Source: Gammaproteobacteria bacterium (GTDB taxonomy: Bacteria; Pseudomonadota; Gammaproteobacteria; Steroidobacterales; Rariloculaceae). Taken from it: a DNA stretch of 64,000 nucleotides. The stretch covers positions 21,042 through 85,041 of the forward strand of contig DATCLY010000025.1 of assembly GCA_036563665.1 (NCBI GenBank), given 5' to 3'. Of this stretch, positions 34,620-43,371 are shown piece after piece; position 1 is the stretch's first letter; every line of letters starts with the position of its first letter. The notes below the pieces were generated by a model. The model ran no database searches. It was given only the letters and a program-made list of their open reading frames with translations, and was not told the origin of the DNA. The position numbers and the translations under genes are program-made.

Positions 34620-36208
34620 GCGCGCGTCTCCCGCAGATGCCGCGGCCAGATGTCGTAGCGGCCCGGCGAGATGATCCCGTTCGGGTCGAGCGCGTCCTTC
34701 AACGCCTGGTGCAGCCGCTGCAGCGTCCCGCCGTTCCAGCCGAACATCTGCATGCCGAGCGCCTGGAAATGCGCGTGGATGCGATACACGGGCCAGCCGT
34801 TCGCGGAGCACTCGCGCACCAGCCGCTGGAACAGCGCCCGGATCCGGCGGTTGCCCTCGGCGTTGCGATAGGTCGGCACCGCGTGGAAGCAGATCATCGT
34901 GCGCGGATGGAACATGAGCCCGCCCACGAACGACGGCGTCATGCCCATCTCGCCGTAGATCTTGCCGGTCACGTCCGCGAGCGCGATGAGCTCCTCGCCG
35001 CGCGGCGGGATCATCGGCGAGAAGTCGAGGTGGCCCTCGCTCGGGACCGCGGTCGGCGAGCTGCGCGAGCCGAAGAGATTGAGCGACGGTATGCCGAGCC
35101 GCGCCTTGTCCGGCACCGCCTCCACCTGCTCGTCCGTGAGCGGGAAAGTGTAGGACGCCGTCTCGCGGAACTGCACGCCGGCGATGTGGCCGAGCCGGTC
35201 CTTGGTGTGCTCCCACTGCGCCGCGATGACCTTCTGCGGGCCGTAGTACACCCAGGTGGCGCTCCAGAACGGCCGGCCGTTCGCGTGGCGATCCCAGTCC
35301 GCATCCGACGCGCCGCCCGAGGTGCGCAGCCGCACGAGCTCGGGATCGTCGGAGCCGTTCATCACGGGGCTCGCCACCGTGGTCTGCGACGGGATGATGT
35401 GCGCGCACATGAGGCTGTGCAGCGCGTCCACGAGCGGCACCACGTCGCGGCGCTTCGGCACCGTGACGTTCACCTGCAGCGCCGCCTCCGGCTCCTCCAT
35501 GAGCCAGAAGCCCATCTTCGTGACGATCCCGAGATTCGACTGCGAGAAGATGCCGTCGACCCACGGCCCCAGGCCGTACTTGAAGAGCTGCCAGGTCTTC
35601 GCGCCCGGCGCGGCGCCCATGCCCGTGCGCACCACGTCGCCGTTCGCGAGCACGACTTCCATGCCGCAATGCGCGTCGAAGTGGTCGCGGTAGTCGACGT
35701 CCGTGTAGCCGCCGCCGCGGTCGAGCGCGTTGCCCACGAGGCCGCCCCAGCCCGGATCGGCCGTGTCGATCCAGAGGCGGATCCCGTTCGTGCGCAGGTA
35801 CCGGTAGAGATCGAAGTAGCTGACGCCCGGCTCCACGAGGCAGGTCTTGTCGCGCTCGTTCACGTCGAGGATGCGGTTCATGCGCTTGAGATCCAGCACC
35901 ACGCTGCCGGAGTACGTGGGCGCCGAGCCGCCGTAGGTCAGGTTGCGGCCGGTCGAGATCGGATAGAGCGGGATGCGGAACCGGTTCGCCACGCGCACGA
36001 TCGCCTGGACTTCCTCCACGGACTGCGGCGCCACGGCGGCCGAGGCGACGCGCTCCTCGGGCTCGCCCCAGAGCGGCGAGTAGGCGTCGCGGTAGAGCGC
36101 GACGTCCTCGTCGCTCGAGAACACCCACTCGCGCCCTACGATCTGCTCGAATTCGCGCAGCGCCGCGCGGAAGTCGGCGGCGTCGATGCCCGGAGGCGGA
36201 TTCGGCAT
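34616..36208 (-). CDS. FAD-linked oxidase of the p-cresol methylhydroxylase / vanillyl-alcohol oxidase family (flavoprotein subunit)
   Basis: ORF 34616..36208(-), 530 aa. FAD-binding PCMH-type domain (AVAPQSVEEVQAIVRVANRFRIPLYPISTGRNLTYGGS, VVLDLKRMNRILDVNE). The C-terminal substrate domain ends LDPNGIISPGRY. It is translationally coupled to a cytochrome c. Confidence 0.88.
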   Translation of the reverse strand: MPNPPPGIDAADFRAALREFEQIVGREWVFSSDEDVALYRDAYSPLWGEPEERVASAAVAPQSVEEVQAIVRVANRFRIPLYPISTGRNLTYGGSAPTYSGSVVLDLKRMNRILDVNERDKTCLVEPGVSYFDLYRYLRTNGIRLWIDTADPGWGGLVGNALDRGGGYTDVDYRDHFDAHCGMEVVLANGDVVRTGMGAAPGAKTWQLFKYGLGPWVDGIFSQSNLGIVTKMGFWLMEEPEAALQVNVTVPKRRDVVPLVDALHSLMCAHIIPSQTTVASPVMNGSDDPELVRLRTSGGASDADWDRHANGRPFWSATWVYYGPQKVIAAQWEHTKDRLGHIAGVQFRETASYTFPLTDEQVEAVPDKARLGIPSLNLFGSRSSPTAVPSEGHLDFSPMIPPRGEELIALADVTGKIYGEMGMTPSFVGGLMFHPRTMICFHAVPTYRNAEGNRRIRALFQRLVRECSANGWPVYRIHAHFQALGMQMFGWNGGTLQRLHQALKDALDPNGIISPGRYDIWPRHLRETRA

Positions 36209-36233
36209 GGCGGTTCCCCCTTCTGCGCCGCGA

Positions 36234-36821
36234 TCACGCGGCGGGCCGCGCTCGCGGCCCGATCACCCAGGAATAGACCGGCGCCGGTTCGATGTCATCG
36301 GGCGTGGCGGGCTCCACGAGCTCGAGCCGCACCGAGGGCGGTGACGCGGGCGTCAGGGCCAGGCGCGCGGCCTCGCCGACCCAGCGAGGGCCGGCCGCGG
36401 CCAGCATCGTTTCGGCATGCGCGGCATCGCAGCCCGCGGCCGCATGCGCGAAGCCGCCGTCCGGCGCTGGCGCGTGGCGCGCGCGCCGCTCCACCGCGAC
36501 GCCGTAGTCGCGGGCCAGGAGCTCGAGGCAGAACAACGCGCCGGTGCGCGTGAAGCCCGCGACCCGCCCGCGCCCCGCGCGCCACAACGGCTCCACCTGG
36601 TGCATCCAGGCGCCGCCGACGTCGCCCGCAATCGCCAGCACGCGCACGCCGCGCCGCTCCGCCACGGCCGCGAACTCGTCCGCGCCAGGAATCGTGTGAT
36701 CGACGATGGCGAGCGCCGGCGGCGCGGCGCTCGCGAACGCGCCGCTCGCGGGGCGTGCCGCGAGGGCCGCCAATGCGGCGCCGTAACCCAGGAATGCGCG
36801 GCGGCTGTGCAGTGCGGGCAC
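36234..36821 (-). CDS. Tat-signal hypothetical protein
   Basis: In-frame GTG 36821 of ORF 36234..36869(-), preceded by GGGGAG. The N-terminus reads ALHSRRAFLGYGAALAALAARPASGAFA, a twin-arginine signal. No domain recognised. Confidence 0.6.
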   Translation of the reverse strand: MPALHSRRAFLGYGAALAALAARPASGAFASAAPPALAIVDHTIPGADEFAAVAERRGVRVLAIAGDVGGAWMHQVEPLWRAGRGRVAGFTRTGALFCLELLARDYGVAVERRARHAPAPDGGFAHAAAGCDAAHAETMLAAAGPRWVGEAARLALTPASPPSVRLELVEPATPDDIEPAPVYSWVIGPRARPAA

Positions 36822-36905
36822 GATCGTCTCCCCTCGCGCGGGGCAGTATAAACGACCCGGCGGCGGCACTCGCGGCCTCGCCGCGCCGCCGTGTCGCGGG
36901 TTCCG

Positions 36906-38447
36906 CTAATGCGCCTCGGCGCGGCTCGCGGCGCGCAGGATGGCGACGACCTCGTCGGCGTTCGGGAGGGGTTGCCCGTTGACCAGCGCCGTGGCCTCGT
37001 CGAGCGGCGACCTGCCGCGCGCGTCCACGATGTCGACCTCCGCGCCGTGCTCCACGAGGAACCGCGTGACCTTCACCCAGCCGCGGCCCGCGGCGGAATA
37101 GAGCGCCGTCTGGCCGTCGCGATCGGTCATCGCCGTGGGGCGCGCGATGCGCGCCGTGCGGCTCTTCGTGTCCGTCACGCGCGCGTTGATGTCCGCGCCG
37201 GCCGCGAGCAGGATCTCGAGCGACTTTATGACCTTGTCCTCGATCTCCGGGTCGTTCTCGAAATCCGGCGAGCGGTTGGCGCCGAAGTTGATGTTGCGCA
37301 CGCCCAAGCCGGCGGCGGCCATCAACGGCGTCACGCCCATGACGTTCGGCAGGTCCACCTTGGCCCCGGCGTCGAGCAGCGCCCGCATCGCCTCGTGGTC
37401 GTGCGTGATGGCCGCGCGCAGCAGCGGGGTGGCGCCCGTGGTCAGCAGGTAGTCGGTGAACCGCGCGCTGTTGCCGCCCCGGCCAGGCCGATGCATGTTG
37501 AGCTGCGGGTCCACCTCCACGCCCATCGCGAGCAGGCGCTGCACGAGGTCCATGCCGGTGGCGGTCTTCGAGCGCGGGTGGGCCGGCGTGCGCGGTACGT
37601 AGGTGTTCATGTCCACCGCGAGGTAGAGCGCCGTTCTCCCCCACCAGTCCGCGTAATGCGGGTCGGCGCCGAGGTCGAGCAGCGCCATGGCGGTGTCGAA
37701 CTCGTAGTTGTCGATCGCGAGCATGAGCGCCGTCACGCCGTCGGGCGTGGGCCGGTCCACGTCCTCGCCGGCCGCGACGATGGCGCGCACGCACTCGACG
37801 CATCCGGCCCGCGCCGCGTAGAGCAAGGGCGTCAGGCCGCCGGTCGGGCGGTACTGCGCGCGCGGCTCGGACGTGATCTGCGCGCCCCAGTCGTTCGCGG
37901 CCGCCCGCGCGGTGGGATCCGCGCCGTGCTCGAGCAGGAGCCGCGTCAAGTCCGCGTACGCGCCGCCGGCCGCCCACATGAGCGCGGTCTGCTCGCGCCA
38001 GACCTCGCGCGCGTTCACGTCCGCGCCGCGCTCGAGCAGCAGCTTCGCCACCTCCACGGAGCCCGTGCGCGCGTTCAGCATCAACGTAGTCTGGCCGTCC
38101 GCGTTCGGCGAGTCGACCTCGGCGCCCGCGTCGAGCAGGAGCTTCACGAGCGCGGGATCGGCGGCCTTCACGGCCTCGGCGAGCGGGGTCGAGCCGTAGC
38201 GGTTCTGGACGTCCGGCCTCGCGCCGCGGGCGAGCAGCAGGCGCACGAGCTCCGCGTCGAGCCTGTAGACGGCCCAGTGCAGCGGCGTCGTGCCGTCGCC
38301 CTGGGCGGCGTTCACGTCGGCGCCTTCCTCGATGAGCTCGATCGCGATGCCGCGCTGTCCCTGCTGGATCAGGTCCGCGAGGCGGCTCTCGCCCCACGCG
38401 CCTCCAGCGGCGAGCAGCGCCGCCGCCGCCAGCCAAGATCTCGTCAT
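36906..38447 (-). CDS. Secreted ankyrin-repeat protein, paralogue 2 (513 aa)
   Basis: ATG 38447 within ORF 36906..40835(-). Signal peptide MTRSWLAAAALLAAGGAWG. Multiple ankyrin units (DGTTPLHWAVYRLDAELVRLLLARGARPD, etc.). Shares the central non-canonical block TALYLAVDMNT...GATPLLRAA with the other two paralogues. Confidence 0.9.
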   Translation of the reverse strand: MTRSWLAAAALLAAGGAWGESRLADLIQQGQRGIAIELIEEGADVNAAQGDGTTPLHWAVYRLDAELVRLLLARGARPDVQNRYGSTPLAEAVKAADPALVKLLLDAGAEVDSPNADGQTTLMLNARTGSVEVAKLLLERGADVNAREVWREQTALMWAAGGAYADLTRLLLEHGADPTARAAANDWGAQITSEPRAQYRPTGGLTPLLYAARAGCVECVRAIVAAGEDVDRPTPDGVTALMLAIDNYEFDTAMALLDLGADPHYADWWGRTALYLAVDMNTYVPRTPAHPRSKTATGMDLVQRLLAMGVEVDPQLNMHRPGRGGNSARFTDYLLTTGATPLLRAAITHDHEAMRALLDAGAKVDLPNVMGVTPLMAAAGLGVRNINFGANRSPDFENDPEIEDKVIKSLEILLAAGADINARVTDTKSRTARIARPTAMTDRDGQTALYSAAGRGWVKVTRFLVEHGAEVDIVDARGRSPLDEATALVNGQPLPNADEVVAILRAASRAEAH

Positions 38448-38479
38448 CGTTCCTCGCCGCACGCGCGCCTCCGCTTGCC

Positions 38480-39424
38480 TCACACGATGTCGTGCGTGAG
38501 CTTGTTGTGGTGTGCCCAGAGTCCCTTGTGGGCCGCGTACAGGAACGCCGCCGGGTCCTGGAACGTGCGCGGCAGCCCGTCGAGCACGCCGGCCTCGAGC
38601 ATGTCCTCCGCGGTCTCGCCCATCCGCACGTGCTCCACCATGCGCTCGAACACCTCGAGCAGCAGGTCGTGCTCCGCCTGCACCTCGGCGCGCCCGACGA
38701 CGGGGCCGTAGCTCGGCACGAAGCGCGTGCGCGCATCGCTCGCCGCGAGCAGCGCGGCGAGCGAGTCCACGCGGCCGCCGAGCCAGCCGCCGCCAAACCA
38801 GTCGAGCTCGGGGTCGCGCGCGGGCGAGACGGCGTCTCCGACGGCGATGAGGTTCGCGTCCGGGAACGCCACGTAGATGTCGCCGTCGGTGTGCGCCTCG
38901 AGCAGATAGCCGCACTCGATGCGCCGGCCGCCGACGGTGGTCGCGTACGTCGTGTGGAAGCTCTCGCCCGGCACGGCGGCAGCGGGCAACGGCCGCTCGT
39001 AGCGGTCCTCGGCCGGGAGGTAGTAGCCGGTGCGGAGGCGAATGCGGGTCTTCTCGTGCGCGACGATCGTGGCCCCGGCGCGCGCGAGCGCCTCGTTGCC
39101 GCCCACCTGGTCGAGGTGCCAGTGCGTGTTGAAGAGCGCCGCTACCGGCCCGCCGGGCAGCGCCTCGAGCGCGGCCAGGAGATCCGCGGTGGAGTGGGCC
39201 GCGCCGCTGTCGACGAGCACCTTGCCGGCGTCGGTGGCCGCCACGAGCACGTGGCCGCCGGCGCCCGCGAGCAGCGTGAAGCCCGGCGCCACCTCCGTCG
39301 CCGTGACGGAGCCTGCCGCGCGGCCGACGCGCGCGAAGCGCGGCAGCGCGAGGCCCACGGCCGCGCCCGCGGCGCCGCGGAGCAGCGCCCGGCGGCTCGC
39401 GAGCGTTCCCGTCCCCCCGCGCAT
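38480..39424 (-). CDS. Tat-exported MBL-fold protein with variant metal motif (HWHLDQ)
   Basis: ORF 38480..39424(-). Tat signal LASRRALLRGAAGAAVGLALP. MBL motif 2 reads NTHWHLDQVGGN, so Gln replaces the second His of HxHxDH. Later blocks EAHTDGD and VPSYGP. Confidence 0.85.
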   Translation of the reverse strand: MRGGTGTLASRRALLRGAAGAAVGLALPRFARVGRAAGSVTATEVAPGFTLLAGAGGHVLVAATDAGKVLVDSGAAHSTADLLAALEALPGGPVAALFNTHWHLDQVGGNEALARAGATIVAHEKTRIRLRTGYYLPAEDRYERPLPAAAVPGESFHTTYATTVGGRRIECGYLLEAHTDGDIYVAFPDANLIAVGDAVSPARDPELDWFGGGWLGGRVDSLAALLAASDARTRFVPSYGPVVGRAEVQAEHDLLLEVFERMVEHVRMGETAEDMLEAGVLDGLPRTFQDPAAFLYAAHKGLWAHHNKLTHDIV

Positions 39425-39433
39425 GCGCAGGTC

Positions 39434-40777
39434 CTAGACGCCCGCGATCTCGCCCGTGCTGTCGACGAAGCTCTTCATCTCGAGCCCGGCCTTGTTGAGC
39501 ACGGTGAGATGCAGGTTCGCGAGCGTGGTGTACTCGGGAAGCTCCACGTGCTGGCCGCCGCGCAGCCTGCCGCACGCGCCGCCCACCAGGATGATCGGCA
39601 GCGGATAGTTGTTGTGGCGGTCGCTGTTGCTCATGTTCGAGCCGTACATGAGCAGCGAGTGATCGAGCAGCGAGCCCTCGCCGTCCGGCGTCTTCGCGAG
39701 CCGGTCCACGAACTCCGCGAACCGCTCCACGTGATACCGCTGGATCTTCACGAGCTTCTCGATGCGCTCCAGGTTGTTCGCGTGGTGCGACACGGGGTGG
39801 AACGCGTCCGGCACGCCGATGTGGTTGTACGTGCGGTTCGTGCCCTCGGCCACCATGATGTACGAGGCCACCCGCGTCACGTCCGCCTGGTAGGCGAGCG
39901 CGATCAGATCGAACATGAGCCGCACCTGCTCGTCGAAGTCCGGCAGCTCGCCGATGGGCGTATCCGGCAGCTCGATGCCGGAGAGATCGCGCTCCGAGGC
40001 CTTCGCGACCCGGCGCTCCGTCTCGCGCACGGACTCGAGATAGTCGTCGAGCACCACGCGGTCGCGGGGCCCCAGCGTGCGCTTGAGCTCCTGTGTGCGC
40101 TCGTTCACGAGGTCCAGCACGCTCGCCCGGCGCCGGGCGATCCGCGCGCGCTCCTCGGGCGTATCGCCCGCGCCGAAGAGCTGCACGAACACCTTGCGAG
40201 GATTGAACTCCATCGGCAACGGGGTCGTCGGGTTGCGGAACGACAGCGTCGAGCTGTAGTAGCACGCGCCGCTGCCGCAGGCGGCGCTCTGCGTGGTGGT
40301 CTCGGAGGCCACCTCGAGCGACGGCAGCACGGTGTCGCCGCCGATGTGCGCGGCGATCATCTGGTCGATGGTGGTGGCCATCTTGGCGCCCGTGGCCTTC
40401 TCGTCGGGGCGCACGCCGGAGAGCCACGTGGCCGGCACGAGCGTGTGCACCGAGTTCTGCGGCGCCTTGTTCTCGAGGTTGCTGAACGACACGACGTAGC
40501 GCTTGTAGGCCTCGAGCGGCTCCAGGATCGGGCTCAAGGTGAAGCTCTCGCCCGTGCCGCTCGGCGTCCAGCGGTCCATCGCCGCGCCGAAGGGCGTGTT
40601 CCACATGATGGCGCCGTGGGGGATGTAGAAGAATCCCGCCCTGAGCCTGGGCGCCGCCGCCGTCTGCGCGAGCGCGGTGGCCGCAGGGATCATCGCGTCG
40701 AGCAGCGGCAGGCCGAGCGCGACGCCTGCGCCGCGTAGGACCGAACGGCGGGACAAGTGCTTGCGTGTGAGAAACAT
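39434..40777 (-). CDS. DUF1552-family Tat-exported protein (cassette A)
   Basis: ORF 39434..40777(-), 447 aa. The N-terminus MFLTRKHLSRRSVLRGAGVALGLPLLDAM is the family-typical Tat signal. About half of the residues appear identical by eye to 54102..55412 (e.g. HHSLSHH/FHPVSHH, LLDHS/LLDSS, SNMSNSDRHN/SGMSESNNHD). Confidence 0.88.
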   Translation of the reverse strand: MFLTRKHLSRRSVLRGAGVALGLPLLDAMIPAATALAQTAAAPRLRAGFFYIPHGAIMWNTPFGAAMDRWTPSGTGESFTLSPILEPLEAYKRYVVSFSNLENKAPQNSVHTLVPATWLSGVRPDEKATGAKMATTIDQMIAAHIGGDTVLPSLEVASETTTQSAACGSGACYYSSTLSFRNPTTPLPMEFNPRKVFVQLFGAGDTPEERARIARRRASVLDLVNERTQELKRTLGPRDRVVLDDYLESVRETERRVAKASERDLSGIELPDTPIGELPDFDEQVRLMFDLIALAYQADVTRVASYIMVAEGTNRTYNHIGVPDAFHPVSHHANNLERIEKLVKIQRYHVERFAEFVDRLAKTPDGEGSLLDHSLLMYGSNMSNSDRHNNYPLPIILVGGACGRLRGGQHVELPEYTTLANLHLTVLNKAGLEMKSFVDSTGEIAGV

Positions 40778-40779
40778 CG

Positions 40780-43212
40780 CTACTCTCTCCTGGCTCCGGC
40801 GGCCATGGCCGTTTGCGGCCCGGCCACCGCCTCATCGTGCACCACGGCCTGCATGCGGAATGCGCCGCTCTGCACGATTCCCGTCACGATGGCGGAGAAC
40901 CGGTAGTCCTGCTCCCTCGCGGCGCGCACGATGGCGCGCACCTGCGGCATGTCGTGGTGCTCGAGCTCGCGGCCGAGCGCGTACATCATGAGCCGCTTCG
41001 TCAATGCCTGCACGAACTGGTCCTCGCGGCGCAGCAGCGCCGCCGTGAGCTCCACCGGGCCGTCGACGGCCACGCCGCCCGGCAGCACGGTGCTCGCGTC
41101 GATGGGCGCGTCGGCCTCGGCGTCGTGATCGCGCCAGCGGCCCGTGACGGTGAAGTTCTCGAGCGCGAGGCCGTAGGGGTCGATCACCCCGTGGCAGGCG
41201 TTGCAGACGCTGTCGCGGCGATGCTGCTCGAGGCGCAGCCGCAGCGTCTTCGGCATCTCGCCCGCGGTCTGCGCGAGGTTGGTCTCCACGCCGGGCGGCG
41301 GCGGCGACGGCGGCGTGCCCATGAGCCGGTCGAGCACCCACGCGCCGCGCAGCACCGGCGACGTGCGGTCGCCGTACGACGTGCGCAGCAGCACGGCCCC
41401 CTTGCCGAGCAGCCCGTGGCGCCGCGGGTCCTCGAGCGTGACGCGGCGGAACTGCGGGCCCACGACGCCCGGCACGCCGTAGTGCCGCGCCAGGCGCTCG
41501 TTCAGGAAGGTGTAGTCGGCCGTGAGCAGCGTGCGGACGTTGCGGTCCTCGAGCAGCACGCTCGCGAGGAACAGCCGGATCTCCTCGGCGAAGTCCTCGC
41601 GCAGCGCGTCGGTGAACTCCGGGAACAGCAGCTTGTCCGGCACCACGGCGTCGAGATCGTCGACGTTGAGCCAGCGCAGCGCGAACTCGTCGACGAGCAC
41701 CTCGGCCCGCGGGTCCGCGAGCATGCGCTTCACCTGCGCGTCGAGCACCTCGGGCTTTCCGAGCTCCCCGGCGGCGGCGAGCTCGAGCAGCTCGTCGTCG
41801 GGCCCGCTGCTCCAGAGGAAGAACGACAGCCGCGACGCGAGCTCGAAATCGTCGAGCGGGTACTGGCCGTCCGCGTCGGCCCGCGGCGCGATCGTGCGGA
41901 ACAGGAAATCCGGGCTCGCGAGCACCGCCGTGACAAGGAGCTCCAGCCCCTCGTCGAAGCCGCCCGGCCCCCGCCGCCCTTCCTCGTAGAACGGCATGAG
42001 CCGGTCGAGATCCGCCTGGCCGATGGGCCGCCGGAACGCGCGGCGCGCGAGGTTCACGGCGATCTGCTCCGCGCACGCGCGCTCCCGCTCCGGCACCTCG
42101 GGCTCGCAGATGAAGAGCTTGCGGCGGCTCTCGGTGGGCGAGAGGCCCGTCGAGTCGAACGGCCCGATCAGATCCACGCCGCCGTAGATGCCCGGAACAC
42201 GCGGCGCGCCCGTGAAGCTGAAGGTGTCGGTGGGCGAGAACGGCGTGATCATCTCGTCGTCGAACGCGCGCGAGCGCTCGATGAAGGTGATGGCGATCTC
42301 GTGCACGCCGGCCTTCACCGGCACCGGGATGTTCGTGAAGCGCGCCATGATCTCCGCGCGCGCGGGGGCGCCGCCGCGATCGACGAGGGCCAGGTCCTCG
42401 GGCCCGCCGATCTCGCCGCGCCACACTTCCTGACGGTCCACGAGCACCACGAGCGTGTGCCGCGTCTCGAGCGCGCGCGGGTAGAGGCCGACGCCCAGGT
42501 CCTTGAGCGTCAGGCGGTACTCGCCGTCGGCCGGAAACGTATGCGTGAAGCGGATGCCGCCCCGCGTGCCGGGCGGCATGCCGTCGACGTATCCTTCCTG
42601 GTCCTCCTCCGGGCGCGGGAAGAACACCGTCTGCACCTTGGGCCGCGGCTCGCCGACGGCGAGGTGGGCCACCGTGGCCGCGACGTTCACGTATTGCTCG
42701 ACGAAGGCGGGGGACGACGACAGCGCCGCCGCGATGTTCGTGAAGCCGTCCACCTCGATCTCGGCCGGCAGGTGCTCGGCCGGATCGATCGTGACGCCGA
42801 GCAGGTCCTTCACGGCGTGCGCATATTCCGTGCGGCTCAGGCGCTGGGCGGGGACATAGCCCGCGGCGTCGCGCGGCGCGGTCTCGTCGATGGAGCGCTC
42901 GAGCCACGCGATCAGCGCGTCGACGTCCTGCTGGCGGGGCTGCGGGCCGCCGGGCGGCGGCATCAGCCCGCCGCGGAGCTTGGTGACGACCTTCTCGAAG
43001 ACGTCGGCGTGCTGCGGCACCGCGTCGGCCGAGAACGCCTCGAAGGAGAGATCGCCCGCGCGGTCGAGATCGTTGTGGCACTCGACGCAGTACGTCTCGA
43101 GCATGTCCCAACGGTCGCGCTCGCGGGCGTGCTCCACCGCCCGCCACGACACCGCGGCCACCGTCGCGCCGACGACGGCCGCGGCCGCGAGCCATCCATG
43201 GGATCGTTTCAT
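40780..43212 (-). CDS. DUF1592/DUF1595/DUF1587/DUF1585/DUF1588 multidomain protein with CxxCH motifs (cassette A)
   Basis: ATG 43212 within ORF 40780..44544(-), 810 aa. N-terminal anchor/signal, CVECH (43075..43089) and a later CNACH. Family blocks LSFFLWSSGPDDELLELA, TADYTFLNERLARHYG, DRTSPVLRGAWVL and PPSPPPPG. Confidence 0.88.
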   Translation of the reverse strand: MKRSHGWLAAAAVVGATVAAVSWRAVEHARERDRWDMLETYCVECHNDLDRAGDLSFEAFSADAVPQHADVFEKVVTKLRGGLMPPPGGPQPRQQDVDALIAWLERSIDETAPRDAAGYVPAQRLSRTEYAHAVKDLLGVTIDPAEHLPAEIEVDGFTNIAAALSSSPAFVEQYVNVAATVAHLAVGEPRPKVQTVFFPRPEEDQEGYVDGMPPGTRGGIRFTHTFPADGEYRLTLKDLGVGLYPRALETRHTLVVLVDRQEVWRGEIGGPEDLALVDRGGAPARAEIMARFTNIPVPVKAGVHEIAITFIERSRAFDDEMITPFSPTDTFSFTGAPRVPGIYGGVDLIGPFDSTGLSPTESRRKLFICEPEVPERERACAEQIAVNLARRAFRRPIGQADLDRLMPFYEEGRRGPGGFDEGLELLVTAVLASPDFLFRTIAPRADADGQYPLDDFELASRLSFFLWSSGPDDELLELAAAGELGKPEVLDAQVKRMLADPRAEVLVDEFALRWLNVDDLDAVVPDKLLFPEFTDALREDFAEEIRLFLASVLLEDRNVRTLLTADYTFLNERLARHYGVPGVVGPQFRRVTLEDPRRHGLLGKGAVLLRTSYGDRTSPVLRGAWVLDRLMGTPPSPPPPGVETNLAQTAGEMPKTLRLRLEQHRRDSVCNACHGVIDPYGLALENFTVTGRWRDHDAEADAPIDASTVLPGGVAVDGPVELTAALLRREDQFVQALTKRLMMYALGRELEHHDMPQVRAIVRAAREQDYRFSAIVTGIVQSGAFRMQAVVHDEAVAGPQTAMAAGARRE

Positions 43213-43257
43213 GCGTTTGCGCCCATGCGCCGCGCGGCTCCCCCTCCGGTAATCGCT

Positions 43258-43265
43258 AGTATAGT
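43258..43265. promoter_or_regulatory. AT-rich -10-like element in the divergent DUF1592-A / PQQ-dehydrogenase intergenic region
   Basis: AGTATAGT reads TATAGT on the plus strand (43260..43265) and TATACT on the minus strand (43258..43263). It is the only AT-rich patch in a 159-nt GC-rich spacer. No convincing -35 element was seen. Confidence 0.25.
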
Positions 43266-43371
43266 TGGCCGGCGCGGGGCCTGAGCAGGACGGGCAAACC
43301 CGGAGCAGCGGCAATACTGTCACCCGCGCTGACCCGTGAGCACGCCGCCCGGCGCCCGACAGGGGGAAACC

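Noticed and set aside
32110-34674. 854-aa plus-strand ORF spanning the PNPOx, NB-ARC and cytochrome c loci
   Set aside because: It is antisense to three genes that each have clear motifs. It has no SD and a shadow-ORF composition. The same reasoning applies to 36295..38796(-), 36891..38711(+), 38492..40738(+), 40813..43284(+), 40832..43195(-), 52387..54156(+), 52658..53908(-), 55294..57885(+), 23032..25308(+) and 25079..26935(+).
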